64,000 nucleotides of DNA from Octopus vulgaris (GCA_951406725.2 OX597816.1:2914001-2978000); one strand, 5' to 3'; shown: positions 41,849 through 54,980, counted from the stretch's first letter. The notes: a model not told the origin generated them from the sequence alone. Numbers and translations are program-made.

Positions 41849-44800
41849 GGTGTGTGTATACCTATCTGTGCGTGTGTATCTATCTGTGTGTGCGTGTATC
41901 TATGTGTGTGTATGCCTATGTCTGTATAATCTGATACATATCCTTCTTCAATTGAATTTATTCCAAGCCATCTCGTTTTTCGTCCCGCACTCCATTATCT
42001 CTAGCAGACACTCTTCTCTCTAACTCTCTCTCTCTCCTTCCCTCCCATTCTCTGTCTCTCTTTCTCTCTCTCTCTTTCCCTCCCTCTCATTGTCTCTCTC
42101 TCCCTCCCTCTAATTCACCCTCATTCTCTCTCTCTCTCTCCCTCTCATTTTCTCTCTCTCTCTCCCTCCCTCTCATTCTCACTTTGTCTCTCTTTCTCTC
42201 ATTCCTCACTCTCCCTCCCTCCCTCTCTAATTTACACCTTCTTATTTATCCATTGCTATGCATTCTCGCTCTCCTTTAAACCCTCGTCCTTTTCCCTTCT
42301 CTTATATTCCCGGTTCTGTCAAATTTCCTCCAATCTTCTTTAAATAAGAAGCATTAAAACAAAACAACAACAACAACAACAACAACACACATAAAAACCA
42401 GCAAACACCAAAACAAAACCGAGGCAGGAGAACACATGGTGTGTAGAAATGAGAGACGCAGCAGTTAAGTGCCCTTGTTGCGGAGAAGCAGAGGGCGTTG
42501 TTTGGCAGGAAAGACCTCTTGACAGGCTGAGGTGTTATTTGCAGACATCAGTGGAAGTTGATTAGCAGGTAGGGATGAAGATGACGACGACGACGACCAC
42601 CACCACCACCACGGCAACATTTTGGCAGAAACAGGAATACAAAACACACACACTGTGCCTCCCCGCCACCCCACCAACCAATCGTTTTTGTTTGTTTTTG
42701 GGTGGAACTTTTCTTTTTTGTCTTTTTTTTTTTTAATGACGGTAAATTTTCACCTTTCGGTTATTGTTTATATTTTGTTTAAAGGAAAGGGTGGAATTGG
42801 CGAAGGAAAAGGTATGCTGGTGGATGGACGGCGGGTGCGGGGTATGGGAGGAGTGTGTGGGCGGCGGCGGGGAGCGGGGTGCAGGTGTGTTGTGTGGATG
42901 TAGTAAGCTCTATGTGTGTGTATGTGTGTGTGTGTGTGTGTGAGACAGAAAAGGTTCTGTGTGGGTGGAGGTGTGAGCGAGCGCGCGTGCAACTGTGTAT
43001 TTATGTGCATGCACGTGCCTGTCTAGGTCAGTGCGGGTACGTGCTTGTGTGTGTGTGTGCCTGTGTGTGTGTGTGCGTGTGTGGTAGCGAAGGAGAAGAG
43101 ACAGACAGACAGATAGAAAGAGAGGGAGGGAGGGAGGGAGAGAGAAAGAGACGTGCCGGTGTGCGTATTTATGTGCACGTGCATGTGTGTCTGAAAGTGT
43201 TGCGTGCGGGAGGAGGGGGGGTGTTCGTGTGTGCGCGTGCGATTGTGTGTGTGTGTGTGTGTGTGTGTGGGACAAAGAGAAAAGTGTGTGCGCGCGCGAA
43301 GCAAGGAACATGCGATCGGACGTGTGTGTGTGTGTGTGTGTACGAAGCAAAGATCATGAGCATGTGTAAGAGTTGAAAGTGTGTGTGTGCGCCAGTCAGT
43401 GTGTGTGTGTGTGTGTGTGTGGAAAGGAGGCAACAATGTCGAACTAAAATTAGTTGCCATTGGAAACCAGTATTGTCTTCGCAAATTAAAAGAGAAGCGA
43501 GGAGGTTGTGAAGACAGACAGGATCTTCCTGTGCAGGTACATCGACCCAACCCCCAACACACACACACACACACACACACAAGCAGGAAACACAAGTTTA
43601 GCTTGTAAACGTGTAAATTAATTCTGCTGTCAATGAGGTTACAATTTTTGCTCAGTCCACCTGGCTGTAAATAGAAAACATCCTTCATTCCCGGTGATTT
43701 CTATGGAGACGACTATTGTGTGTAGGCGACCGCTTTTGGCGAGGCACAAGGCTGAGACTTTCAAAGACCGGTTAATTCAGGCCCTCGTAGCGGATCATTA
43801 TGTTATTGCTGCTTAATTGTTGTTATTATTGAACTCGGGGAAGGGTGGGAGCGGATTGGTAGATTCGGCAGAGTGGATTTAAGTTACGAATTTGTACATT
43901 CTGGGTTCAAATCCTGCTAAGAAATTTGCTTTCATAAAATAAAATCCCAGCCAAATGTTGGAGTTGATTTAATCGACTACCCCCCCCCCTATTCACCCTC
44001 CATCATTTGGTTGCCTTGTATCTGTTAGAATTCGATAGCGATGGAATAGCAGAGTCGGATGAGCGTCGGACAAAATGTCTTGCGGCTCCTTACGTTCTGA
44101 GTTCAAATCCCTGCAAGGTCAACTTTGCTTTTTTTCTTACTTCCCCGATATCGATATATTCTATTAAATACCCGTAAGATAGTGAAGTCGATATCATCAG
44201 CTGTTACTTCTACCTAAATGTCTAGCGGTGTGGTCGTGGTTGGAATTATTTAGCTTCAGGTCAACCCCGATCGATTAGTTTCTCCAGATACGATTTTTCG
44301 TCCATACATTAGTATATATGAATAGTTCTGATAGTGAACTTGATGAGGGTGCCTACGAAAGATCAACGGTGGTATCCTGCCACTGACTGTACAAGATACT
44401 TGGCCCTTAACGTCCTCTTCGAACGGCCGCAGCAAACTCCTGGCGCAGTTGAAAGATTACTTAGATTATCAGCTTTAGTAATGTGTGTGTGTGTTCCAAT
44501 AACAACGATACAGTTTAGGTGTTTTCTTCCTCTAATAGAGTACGGAAGTCTCCAAAAACATAGCATCTGATATAGACCCTCCTTCTAAACCCTGCCGCTT
44601 TTAGGAGGTATAATATATATATAGTGGCCCACTGTAAGTGAGAGCAGAACTTCAAACTGATAATTGGTTTATTGGCTTGCAATATTGAACTTCATTCTTT
44701 AAACAAGAGAAGTTACCTATGATATATCATCAGCTTATCCTGGAGAGGTTTACCTCTCATCTACTTAACAGGATCACGAAAAACCTGAGAAAAGCACTGG

Positions 44801-44989
44801 CTGCGTGGACCCCTTTGATCAGGAAAATTTTTTAATCTAATTAAAGGAAAATGCGGGTTGAGGACAAAGTCGAGACGTTCGGGATTTGAAGTCAAAATGC
44901 AGGGACCAAAAACAGGACTATTTTTGTAAACCCGACTCGGTGTTATTTTTGTTAAACTGTCGTCTTAGGGCTGGTTGTCGTATAACTGG

Positions 44990-45215
44990 TTTTAAATTTC
45001 AGCACAAAGCCAGCAAATTTGGGTGAGTGGAGGGAGTCGATTACGTTGCCCCTCCCCCTCCCCAGTGTTCAACTGTTATTTATTTCCTCGACCCCGAAAG
45101 GATGAAAGACAAAGTCGACCTCAGCGGAATTTGAACTTAGAACGTGAAGTCGGATGAAATGCCGCTAAGCATATTTTTTTTACAGAGATGGAACTGTCCC
45201 TCCTGCTCGCCATCT
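44990..45215 (-). mobile_element. SINE family A (older copy)
   Basis: tcgaccccgaaaggatgaaagacaaagtcgacctc. Confidence 0.75.
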
Positions 45216-45679
45216 TGGATTGTCGTACAATTAACGAGTGTTTTTCATGAATTAACTGGATTAAGTGTTTTTACGAGTCAGAGTTAACAACCAACCACTG
45301 CCGTGTTATCAATCAGCCAAACACACTGGAATAAAACACTTTTTTGAAATAAAAGCGATTTCATGCCATGACGCATCAAATATTAGTAAAATGGCTGCAA
45401 CCCGAGAATGAAGTGAATCCTGGATTCAAATTGGCGAGAGGATACTGCGTTATCTTTGACTCTTTCTCACACACACACAGAGAGGATTCTCCTGTCGATT
45501 TTAACCTATTTTTATTTCTGATGAGTATCATTATGAGACTTTCATCCATATCTATATAAGTGTATGTTTTAATTTTTTAATCGGCTTAAAGTAAAAATTG
45601 AATTCTATTTCTGTTGTCTGCTCTACCAAACCTGTATTTACAATTATGGATGGATGTATGTGTGCGTGTATGGATGGAT

Positions 45680-46200
45680 GTCATTATTCAGTTTTATTTC
45701 AAGATTTCTTGCCAAAAGAGAAAGTGCCGGTTTCTAACCTAGATCCAATGTTCCGTCATTGGAATTTCAACATCAACAACAGGGTGTGTATGTATGTATG
45801 TATGTTTGTTTGTTTGTTTGTTTGTATGTTTGTTTGTTTGTATGTTTGTATGTATGTATATATACGGTGCAGATTTGTATGTCTTACTTTATGTATGTAT
45901 TCTCATGCATATAGTTACATATATCTAGACATGCTAATCTATATTTAAATAATAAACTTCTGGAAAGTTTTATAGATTTTTTATAGTTCCAGTGATAGAT
46001 TGGATCTGTAGTCTTCGAATTAGCTTTCATTTTTCTGGTTTTGAGAAGCATAATTTCTCAAGGTTGGTATTTAGGCAGTGTGTTGTATGTATGTATGTCA
46101 TTATTCCGTTTATTTCAAGATTTCTTGCCAATAGAGAAAGAACCGGTTTCTAACTTAGATCAAAAGTTTCTTCATTGGAATTTCAACATCAACAACAGGG
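45680..46200 (+). repeat. direct repeat of a ~105-bp unit
   Basis: gtcattattc...tttcaagatttcttgcca...ggaatttcaacatcaacaacaggg at 45680-45784 and 46097-46200. Confidence 0.85.
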
Positions 46201-46921
46201 TAATTTTGCGCGCGTGTGTGTATGCATGTATATATGTATAATTTAATATTTGAATAACTTGCACCATTTGATACATTGATTAATAAGTATTTCTTTTTGT
46301 GGTGGCCCTTAGCAACAATATCTGATCGATCGTCTTCGATCTTCATGTCTATGCGTAATCTTATATCTCACACGCTGTTCTTTATTGACTGAAACTGGAC
46401 AACCAGAGGCAATACGTTCATTTTCTACTTCTCTCCATATATACTGCAGTTACTTCTGGTGGTTTTAAGTGAGAAGGCTTTGATTTTGCATCTCAATCAA
46501 GAACTTTACAGTCTCAGCTTTAAATCCTCCATTTCTTTGTTGCAGATTTTCGTTGTCTAAATCCACCTTGTTCATTTTAGCGTGCTGACCATTTTGAAGG
46601 GTTTTCATGCCATCGCTTTATCAAAGCATTTTATAATTTTTTTTACAAATACGATAACCCTAAAAATGATACCGAAGTCGCGTCTCGCCCTTACCTTCGA
46701 AATGCGGAGTAGATAAAACAGGGACAACTGAAGAAGGGGAGTGTTCCTTATGTTGTATGTCTCGTTTCTCTGTTTGTTTTTTCGTTTCTATGTTTTTGGT
46801 TTTATGTTTTCGTTTTTCATTGCGTTCAACGTTTTTTTGATGTCCTGTACCCATATATGCATGTATATATGCATACAGATGTAGGTATGTACATATATGT
46901 ATGTATATATGCATTTATTTA

Positions 46922-46972
<51 letters not shown>

Positions 46973-47117
46973 TAGGGGCAGGGTCTATGATGTTTATTAC
47001 CTTATTCTTTTTTCATTTAGCTTTGTTGAAATATATTAGTCAAATGCGTATGTAATATTTCGTTTTTGGATTTGGTTTGCAAGATTCTTTATGCGAGTTC
47101 GTGTGTTGAAGCATATT

Positions 47118-47387
47118 CTGTTGTGTCTGGGGAGAGTCATTCTCTTTTGGTGCCTTATAATTTAACACACACACTGGTAAAATTTCCACTTAAAAAATTT
47201 TTTTTTAATTTCCCAAAAAATTTTCGTTGCGCCTTGCAACCTTTTTAATAGTTTTCAATAGTCAAAACTATTGAAAAAGTTTCAAAACGCAACGAAAATT
47301 TTAGGACAACAAAAAGTGGAAATTTTACCGGTGAGTGTGTTAAATTATAAGGCACAAAAAGAAAATGACTCTCCCCAGACACAACAG
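47118..47387. repeat. imperfect fold-back (~130-bp arms) with a decayed hammerhead-like core
   Basis: The arms flank an 8-nt loop (47256-63). They read cta-ttgaaaa/ttaaaaa-g-gttgc aaggc gcaac-GAAA-atttt. Confidence 0.75.
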
Positions 47388-47436
47388 CGTATATAATATT
47401 CCTCGTTAATCTTTTATTTCACATGTATATCATGTT

Positions 47437-47484
<48 letters not shown>

Positions 47485-47539
47485 TTCTTTATTGGCCTCT
47501 CAGGGGCTGAAAATAAACTATTTCGAACAACAACCAGAA

Positions 47540-48130
47540 AATTTGATATCGATAAAACTCGACTAATCGTGGTTCACTCCGACCACCAAGAGTACCACAA
47601 GTTCCGAGCAGACCCGCTCACTCGGGCCAGCCTTACCATGTTCACACATTTTCCAACAAATATTCTGAGGAATATAACACAGCCTTCTCCACTCTCACAA
47701 TCCTCTTTTAATGAGAGCTTGGTCAAAGACGAATCTGTTTGTTTTCAGTTCTGTCAGTCTAGCCACCATCTAGTCGTCTTTCGCCATGGTCACCAAATAA
47801 AAACTGCCTGTTTTTCCTTTCTTAAGAAGATGGTAGGGGTGATTATCACGATGGAATGAGCCGGCACCGATAACCAGATCTGTTCTATACGCGAGGTAAC
47901 GGCTTTTTGATTTAATTCCGCGGGTCAGCCATACTCGGACACCGGTTGAATGCATGCAGAACGGTTTCGTTGCTCTGCTCGCATTTCGACCAGTCCTGGT
48001 TGACGACACCTTCGTTTCTGTTGAGTTTATCACGAACAGGCAGTGCATCCACTCCGCGGTAGACCTGTCAGACTAAGGATTTCAGGAAGTTACCCACGAG
48101 CCTTTGCCCGGAAGTCCACCGGTACAAATC
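47540..48130 (-). mobile_element. Tx1-like LINE 3' fragment
   Basis: Shares gcagaacggttt and neighbouring motifs with 38260-38560. Confidence 0.5.
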
Positions 48131-48197
48131 AATCAATTGATTTTCATCGACACTCAGAACATCATACCTACTGCCTTCATCTTTACTTCTGCATGAA

Positions 48198-48271
<74 letters not shown>

Positions 48272-48386
48272 GTATATATATATATAGTGGGGATTTACAA
48301 AAAGAAAAAGCAAAACAAAAGACACGAAGACAGGTGTGTAAACAACAAACAGATGTATTAGTTTAACGCTCGGGAAGTGAGAAGGT

Positions 48387-48422
48387 CTTTTACGTTTCGA
48401 GCCTACGCTCTTCAACAGAAAG
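48387..48422 (-). ncRNA. minimal hammerhead-like motif with variant core
   Basis: Minus strand reads tt-CUGUUGA-a-gagc gtag gctc-GAAACGUA-aa. It matches minimal Penelope-type hammerheads except A6>U. Confidence 0.5.
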
Positions 48423-48595
48423 GAACACAGAAAATAGAAAAAGGTTTAGTGATCAATCAAGGCGAATGCCAATATGAAAATAAATATATATGGATGCTGT
48501 GTGATGTGTGATGGATGCCGTGTGATGGATGCAGTATGATGTGTGTCATGTGATGTGTGACGTGTGATGGGTGCTGTGTGTTGTGTTGTGTAAAT

Positions 48596-48737
48596 ATCAA
48601 AACAGTTCGATTCAGACCCCTTGGTACTCTGAGTTTGAAGTGTGGCTAGTCTTCGTCCCCCATGGCCCCAATGGCCTAAGACTAACCACGCGCTTGAAAC
48701 CCAGAGTACCAAGGAGTCTGAATCAAACTAGTTTGAT
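48596..48737. repeat. fold-back with decayed GAAACYCAGAGUA hammerhead half
   Basis: Inverted arms ~60 bp. gaaacccagagta at 48696-48708 matches the stem III/cleavage motif of the 35-kb element. Confidence 0.65.
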
Positions 48738-48798
48738 CTATACATGTAACTCCCAATAAATGTGTTGAGTGCCTTCCTTTCGTTTGTCCACACACCCT

Positions 48799-48878
<80 letters not shown>

Positions 48879-48879
48879 A

Positions 48880-49083
48880 AGGAAGTTAAAAGTTATGGCC
48901 GGTCATGGAGTGACCATTCGTTTTGCATCCATAAAGCGATTAGCAATAAAGGTGGCTCATCAAACTCAAATGGCTGGATGCGCCTTCGGCCATTTGTGTC
49001 TGATGAATCACCTATACTACTACGCATTTTATAGGTGCGAATCCAATGGTCACTCTATGACCAGCCATAACTTTGAACTTCCT
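48880..49083. mobile_element. fold-back element with a hammerhead on each arm (both mutated)
   Basis: Plus arm: gtgt-CUGAUGA(49000-06)-at cacctata...tataggtg c-GAAU-ccaatg-GUC(49049-51)-actc. Minus arm: gagt-UUGAUGA-gc cacct...gc-AAAA-cgaatg-GUC-actc. The arm consensus is a canonical hammerhead. Confidence 0.75.
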
Positions 49084-49309
49084 AAAAATATTTTACTGGT
49101 CTAATGGCGTGCTTCTTCGGATATATGATCTACTGACGATATATATTCATATATAAAGGGGCAGACCCAAGGGTGGGGTTGCTGAGAGGCACATTCCCCC
49201 TCAAGAAAAGAAGTGCGCCCTTCTAAATAATATTATTACACCCTTTTCTCCAGGAATTGTATTTTCTTCTGACCTTGTGCCCTCTCTTTGAAAGCTTCCT
49301 CAGACCATG

Positions 49310-49378
<69 letters not shown>

Positions 49379-50210
49379 ACACTATCATCAAAGACGTTAT
49401 TGTATGAACTTCTTGGATCTTTGTGTCTGCTTGTGAGCCTATGAGGAACCAGAATGAACGTTCACTCCAAGGAATTTAGTAGGTTTTTTTTTTGTTGCTA
49501 AATTAATATTATTTTGTATTCTCTTGTTGTATAAAATGTTATGAATTTTGTATGCTGGACGGGATCTCCTAATGGTGTGACACATTACTGGAACAAGCGT
49601 GGAAGAACAGTCACGATCTTTTAAATTCCAAATAAAATGTCTTCTATAATCATGAGACACGGTATATGGCAGAAATATTGCGAAAATATATTTAACGTAG
49701 TGTTTTGAACTGAAGAATGAGCAAAATAAAATGAAAATTTGTTAGAAAATGGTTTGATGGTTATGAAGTCCGTTTTGCAACCGCGTAGTTTTGGGTTCTG
49801 TCCTGCTGCGTGGCACCTTCGGCAAGTGTCTTCTACTATACTCCCGGACTGACCAATGCCTTGTGAGTTTCGAAGACGGAGACTGTGTGGAAGCCCGTCG
49901 TATATAAACGTGTTTTTCTGTGTCTTTCGTGTCTGTTTGTCACCTTCCTCAATCGCTTGATAACCGGCGAGGCTTTGTTTATTCTCTCGTATCATAGCGG
50001 TTCGGCAAAACAGATCGATAGATTGAGTACCAGACATTAAAAAAAAAAATCAATCCTGGAATCGATTTGTTTGATTTAAAACACTTCAATGCAGTGCCCC
50101 AGCATGGCCGCAGTCCAGTGATTGAAGCAAGTAAAAGATAAACGAGAATGCAAAGCCTATGTTTTAGGGACGTTCTCCGCCTCCACCATTTGAATATCCT
50201 TCGAATAGTC

Positions 50211-50614
50211 GGATCTTTTCGGTTTGAACGGCAGTTTTTTCTAGCGGTGTCATATGAAATTGTCACCCATAATTATAACCCTAGTATCGATCTATTGCAT
50301 TTCAATCTGTTTTAAGGTTAGGGTTAGGGTGGGGGGAAGGGTATCTTTTTTTCTTCACAAATGTAAATAAACCCAATCTGTTTCTTAAACGAGGGACATA
50401 TTCATACGGTACAGAATGTTTTTTTTTCTTCAATATACGTCATTGATTGGTTGAAATTGCAGAAATTGAAGAAAAAAATCAACAAATATCTTACAAACTA
50501 TAGAATTTTCTCAATAAAGCCAAGAGAAAAAGATGCTACCAAATATACGAAGTTTAAAATTTTTTAATTACCTAGAAATTATGTTAAAAACTGCCGTTCA
50601 AACCGTAAAGATCC
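50211..50614. mobile_element. MITE with ~29-bp TIRs and 8-bp TSD
   Basis: TIRs ggatcttttcggtttgaacggcagttttt / aaaaactgccgttcaaaccgtaaagatcc. TSD gaatagtc at 50203-10 and 50615-22. Internal ggttagggttaggg. Confidence 0.9.
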
Positions 50615-50904
50615 GAATAGTCTTAGAATTGGTTTATTATATTTGGTAATTATTGTTGAAGACAGAAACAAGAAAATTTAGAGACGTTCTGGCGGCAGAC
50701 AAAAACTCCGAGGGTCCGGAGCCTTGGTGTCGCATCATACAAATAGAAAAAAATAAAAATGTCGGATTTTTCAGTTTACGGGTTATATTATAGAGTTACC
50801 TCCCTTGCATAACTTGAACTCGCGGACGACTTCGGTAGCTTTGAAAGCTTTCAGTTGTGATTCGCGTGGAAATTGGTTTTGTATTTTCACGAGGCAAATA
50901 GTTA

Positions 50905-51103
50905 CTCTTTACTCTTTTACTCTTTTACTTGTTTCAGTCATTTGACTGCGGCCATGCTGGAGCACCGCCTTTATTCGCGCAACTCGAACCCGGGACTTAT
51001 TCTTTGTAAACCCAGTACTTATTCTATTGGACTCTTTTGCCGAACCGCTAAGTGACGGGGACATAAACACACCAGCATCGGTTGTCAAGCAATGCTAGGG
51101 AGA

Positions 51104-51171
<68 letters not shown>

Positions 51172-51470
51172 ACATAAGAGGGATCAGCCATCTGAATGTG
51201 GCTATGGTCAGGGTGGGGTGGTGGGGGTGTTACTGATGCATTTAGCCCCAGGCGAACATCGACATATATACAAATATACATATATACATCGACATATATA
51301 CATATATACGACAGGCTTCTTTCAGTTTCCGTCTACCAAATCCACTCACAAGGCTTTGGTCGGCCCGAGGCTATAGTAGAAGACACTTGCCCAAGATGCC
51401 ACGCAGTGGGAATAAACCCGGAACCATGTGGTTGGTTAGCAAGCTACTTACCACACAGCCACTCCTGCGC
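50905..51470 (-). mobile_element. SINE family B with an insertion in its internal microsatellite
   Basis: Full reverse-complement copy with extra ~100 bp at ~51170-51275. Confidence 0.85.
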
Positions 51471-52418
51471 TTTTTATATGATAAAAGTTTCCTTAAGACG
51501 TGTGAAGGGTTTTCTTTACAGGGGACAGGAAACCGAATTGAGTGGCTTCCGTTTACTTTTCCGAGGGTCATTCGTTAACACAAAGAATGTAGACGTTATT
51601 TGTACCATATTCGAAGTCGCGAGCGCACACACAAACAAATATTCCTCCTTCAACTGTTTAATTGGTGCCCAAATTAGTGAACTCATTTAAAACTACACAA
51701 AACATGGTCTCTGCTAATTACTGGATTAAATATTTAAATGAATCAAATGACATTATGTCGTTTCTAGAAATAAATCTTTCGAGAATGATATATCTATCTA
51801 CTTTTACACATATATACATATATATATGTATGTAGGTGTGTAATTGTGTGTGTGTGTGTGTATATACACACACAATTACACCTGTACGCGCGCGCACTCG
51901 CACATACGCGTGGCTGTGTGGTCAGAAGCTTGCTTCCCAACCACATGGTTCCGGGTTCAGTCCTACTGTGTGGCATCTTGGGCAAGTGTCTTCTGCTATA
52001 GCCCTTGGGCCAATAAAACACTTTTAAGTGGATTTGGTGGACAGAAACTGGACGAAGCCCGTCGTATATAAGTATATAAAGCTATTTGGCAGAATGGTTA
52101 GCGCGCCGGAGAAAATAGCTAGCAGCATATCGCTCGTCTTCACGTTCTGAGTTCAAATTCTGACGAGGTCGACTTTGGCTTTCGAAGTCGATAAAACCAC
52201 AGTTGAGCCCTGGGGTCGATGCATCGACTCACCCCACCCTCCAAAAAAATTGCTGGTCTTGGGTCAAAATTCAATAAATATAACGGAGATATACTTGCAT
52301 AGCAAGTGACCTGATCTGAGAATGTGTGCTGAAACAAAAACAATTGCAGCGTGGAAGGTGTTTATAAGCCATTTAAAAACACAGAAACCATTAGATTCAC
52401 TTCAACATTTAAATTTAA

Positions 52419-52469
52419 TTTGTCAAAATATTTTCGTCGCTTTGAGACCGCGACCTCTTCACCGACAAA
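52419..52469 (-). ncRNA. hammerhead-like motif (C3>G variant)
   Basis: Minus strand reads tttgtcg-GUGAAGA-g-gtcgc ggtctcaaa gcgac-GAAA-atat-UU-tgacaaa. Stems I and II pair well and stem III is the palindrome aatatt. Confidence 0.5.
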
Positions 52470-54570
52470 ATTCCGTGCTGCATCTCTCTCTCACTCTTTA
52501 CACACACACACACACGAGTTGCGATGGGTAAATTGTCGTTATTTTAAAATTAAAACGGGACCCTGATGGATACTATCTTTCTGAGTCAGAATGGTGCTGG
52601 GGGTGATGTTAATTAAGGGATGAGTTCATTATCCCCACAACCTCAGTTGGAGCCTCACTATCGGAAGCAGTTTAATACCATAATAAAATCCTATTTTTTA
52701 TTAACCTGAGTTATATATCGGTGGTATTTGTAGGTCTCCCGTAATCATGGGTCTATACCTGGAAAAATCTTTCTATCTTACTATTGAAGCAGGGTCTATT
52801 GAGATTTTAGAAACCCACAGAGAAGTCGCAGTCCTAGCTGCAGTGACTGTATCTAAAGGCATTGCGTATCATCTTACCCGGGTGCTGCTTTGCCGCCGGG
52901 TGTGCTTTTCTACGGAATAAACCTCGGCTCCCTCCTCGTCTTTTAATCCTTACTTAATCCTATATTTTAATCTCTTACTTTATCCTATCTTTCAGTGAGA
53001 GCGAAAGTTTGCCGATCCCTTTCAACGCTTCTGTTAAGGGACTCCACGATGGATTTAGGTACCCAGTTAACAAATTGCAGTTTAAGGCCCTGCAATTGAT
53101 AAGGGCCTCAAAAAAAAGTGTATGGCTTAATTTATGGTAAAATATTTTAACAGGGGATTCCAAAATTAAGATTTGGACCTCACAACACTGCTAATTATGG
53201 TTCCTATTTAGAGAGGGGTGGGCTGAACTATTGCGGGCTAAATATCTTTGCTTCAGAAAGAGTGAACTGCTGGCCTGGCCACAAGGTACGACCTTCAGTC
53301 TTCCAGTCCCCTAAGGGTTCGGTCGGTGCTCTCTGTCGAGCTTCAGAAATGAACACGAAGCCCCAAACTTGATTCTCGAATCAAGTAGCCATTTTGTTTG
53401 TTTCTTGTTCCGAGATGGAACACTTGAATTCTCTGACAAGTTTTAATTAAACCTGAGAAGATGAAAGTATTGCAACACAAATCTAGCCGCGTCGTTGACA
53501 CTTTCACGACTCGGTCGCTCTCGGCTCTGGCTTTCTGCATTGGGAACCGGTTAAGAAGACAAAAGACGTTCCAAGGACCATGTGGAAGGTTGGGGGGGCG
53601 GTGGAGGGCGGAATTGTAGTAATTAAACCTTGTTTCTTTTAAAAGATTGATGGTATGTGGGTTGGGGTGGGGAATAGGAGTAGGGTAAAACTGTGAGGGT
53701 GAGGAGAAGGGAGAAAGAAAAGGAAAGAAATGGCGATGAAGAGTGACGGTGAGAGGAGAAGGGAGAATGGAGAGAAAGGAGAGAAAGGAGAGAATATGCA
53801 GAGGAGGGAGATGGGGCGGGGTGGGGGAGAATAGGGAAAATAGAGAGAGAGGGGGAGTGTCGAAGAGTGTGAGGGTAGAGGAAGTAAAGAAGAAAAAGGG
53901 GGGGAAGTGAGAGAAAGAAGAATTGAATGAGTGAAAGAGAGAGAGAAAGGAGGAAACTCGAGAGAGGAGGGGGGGGGAGAAAGAAAGAGGAAGAAAGAAG
54001 GAGGGAAATGTTACAAGAAAGGACAAACAACAACAAAAAAAGCAATAATTAATAAAGGGAGAGAGTTAGGAAGATAGACAGACAGACAGACAAAGGAATA
54101 GAGACAGATAAATGCATCGATAAATGGACAGACAGACAGACAGACAGAGATTGATAGGTTGAGAGGTAGATGAGATAAGGAATTCTTTTGATCTTTTATG
54201 TTTTAGCCCTGAGGCTGTGGCCATGCTGGGGCACCGCCAGTGAGGTTAAGTGGAATCGACGGGAGGTCATCTTTATCTTTTATTTCTGTCACTGGACTGC
54301 GGCCAAGTTGGAGCACTTCCTTAGAGGGTTTTATTCGAACAAAGCAACCCCTGTACTAATTGTTTTAAAAATTCCGGTACTTATTGTATCGGATGCCTTT
54401 TGCCGAACCGCTAGATTATGGGGATGTAAACCAACACCGGTTGCCAAGTCGTGTGGACACACACGTATACGATGGGCTTTTACATAGTTTCCATCTCTCA
54501 AATCCACTCACAAGGCTTTGTTCAGCCTAGGGCTATAGAAGACAGCTTTTGCTCAATGCACAGTGCAATA

Positions 54571-54980
54571 GGGCGGCGAAGAGCTGGCGGAAACGTTAGC
54601 ACGCCGGGCGAAATGCTTAGCGGTATTTCGTCTGCCGTTACGTTGTGAGTTCAAATTCCGCCGAAATCGACTTTGCCTTTCATCCTTTCGGGGTCAATTA
54701 AATAAGTACCAGTTACGCACTGGGGTCGATATAATCGACTTAATCCGTTTGTCTGTCCTTGTTTGTCCTCTCTATGTTTAGCCTCTGGTGGGTAGTAAAG
54801 AAATAGGTATTTCGTCTGCCGCTACGTTCTGAGTTCAAATTCCGCCGAGGTCGACTTTGCCTTTCATCCTTTCGGGGTCGATTAAATAAGTACCAGTTAC
54901 GCACTGGGGTCGGTGTAATCGACTTAAACCCATTGTTTGTCCCCTCTACGTTTAGCCCCCTGTGAGCAATAAAGAAAGAA
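54571..54980 (+). mobile_element. SINE family A with tandem re-duplicated body
   Basis: Same dimer architecture as 492-915. Confidence 0.85.

Noticed and set aside
50315-50335. TTAGGG telomeric repeat
   Set aside because: Only two units, inside a MITE, so not a telomere.
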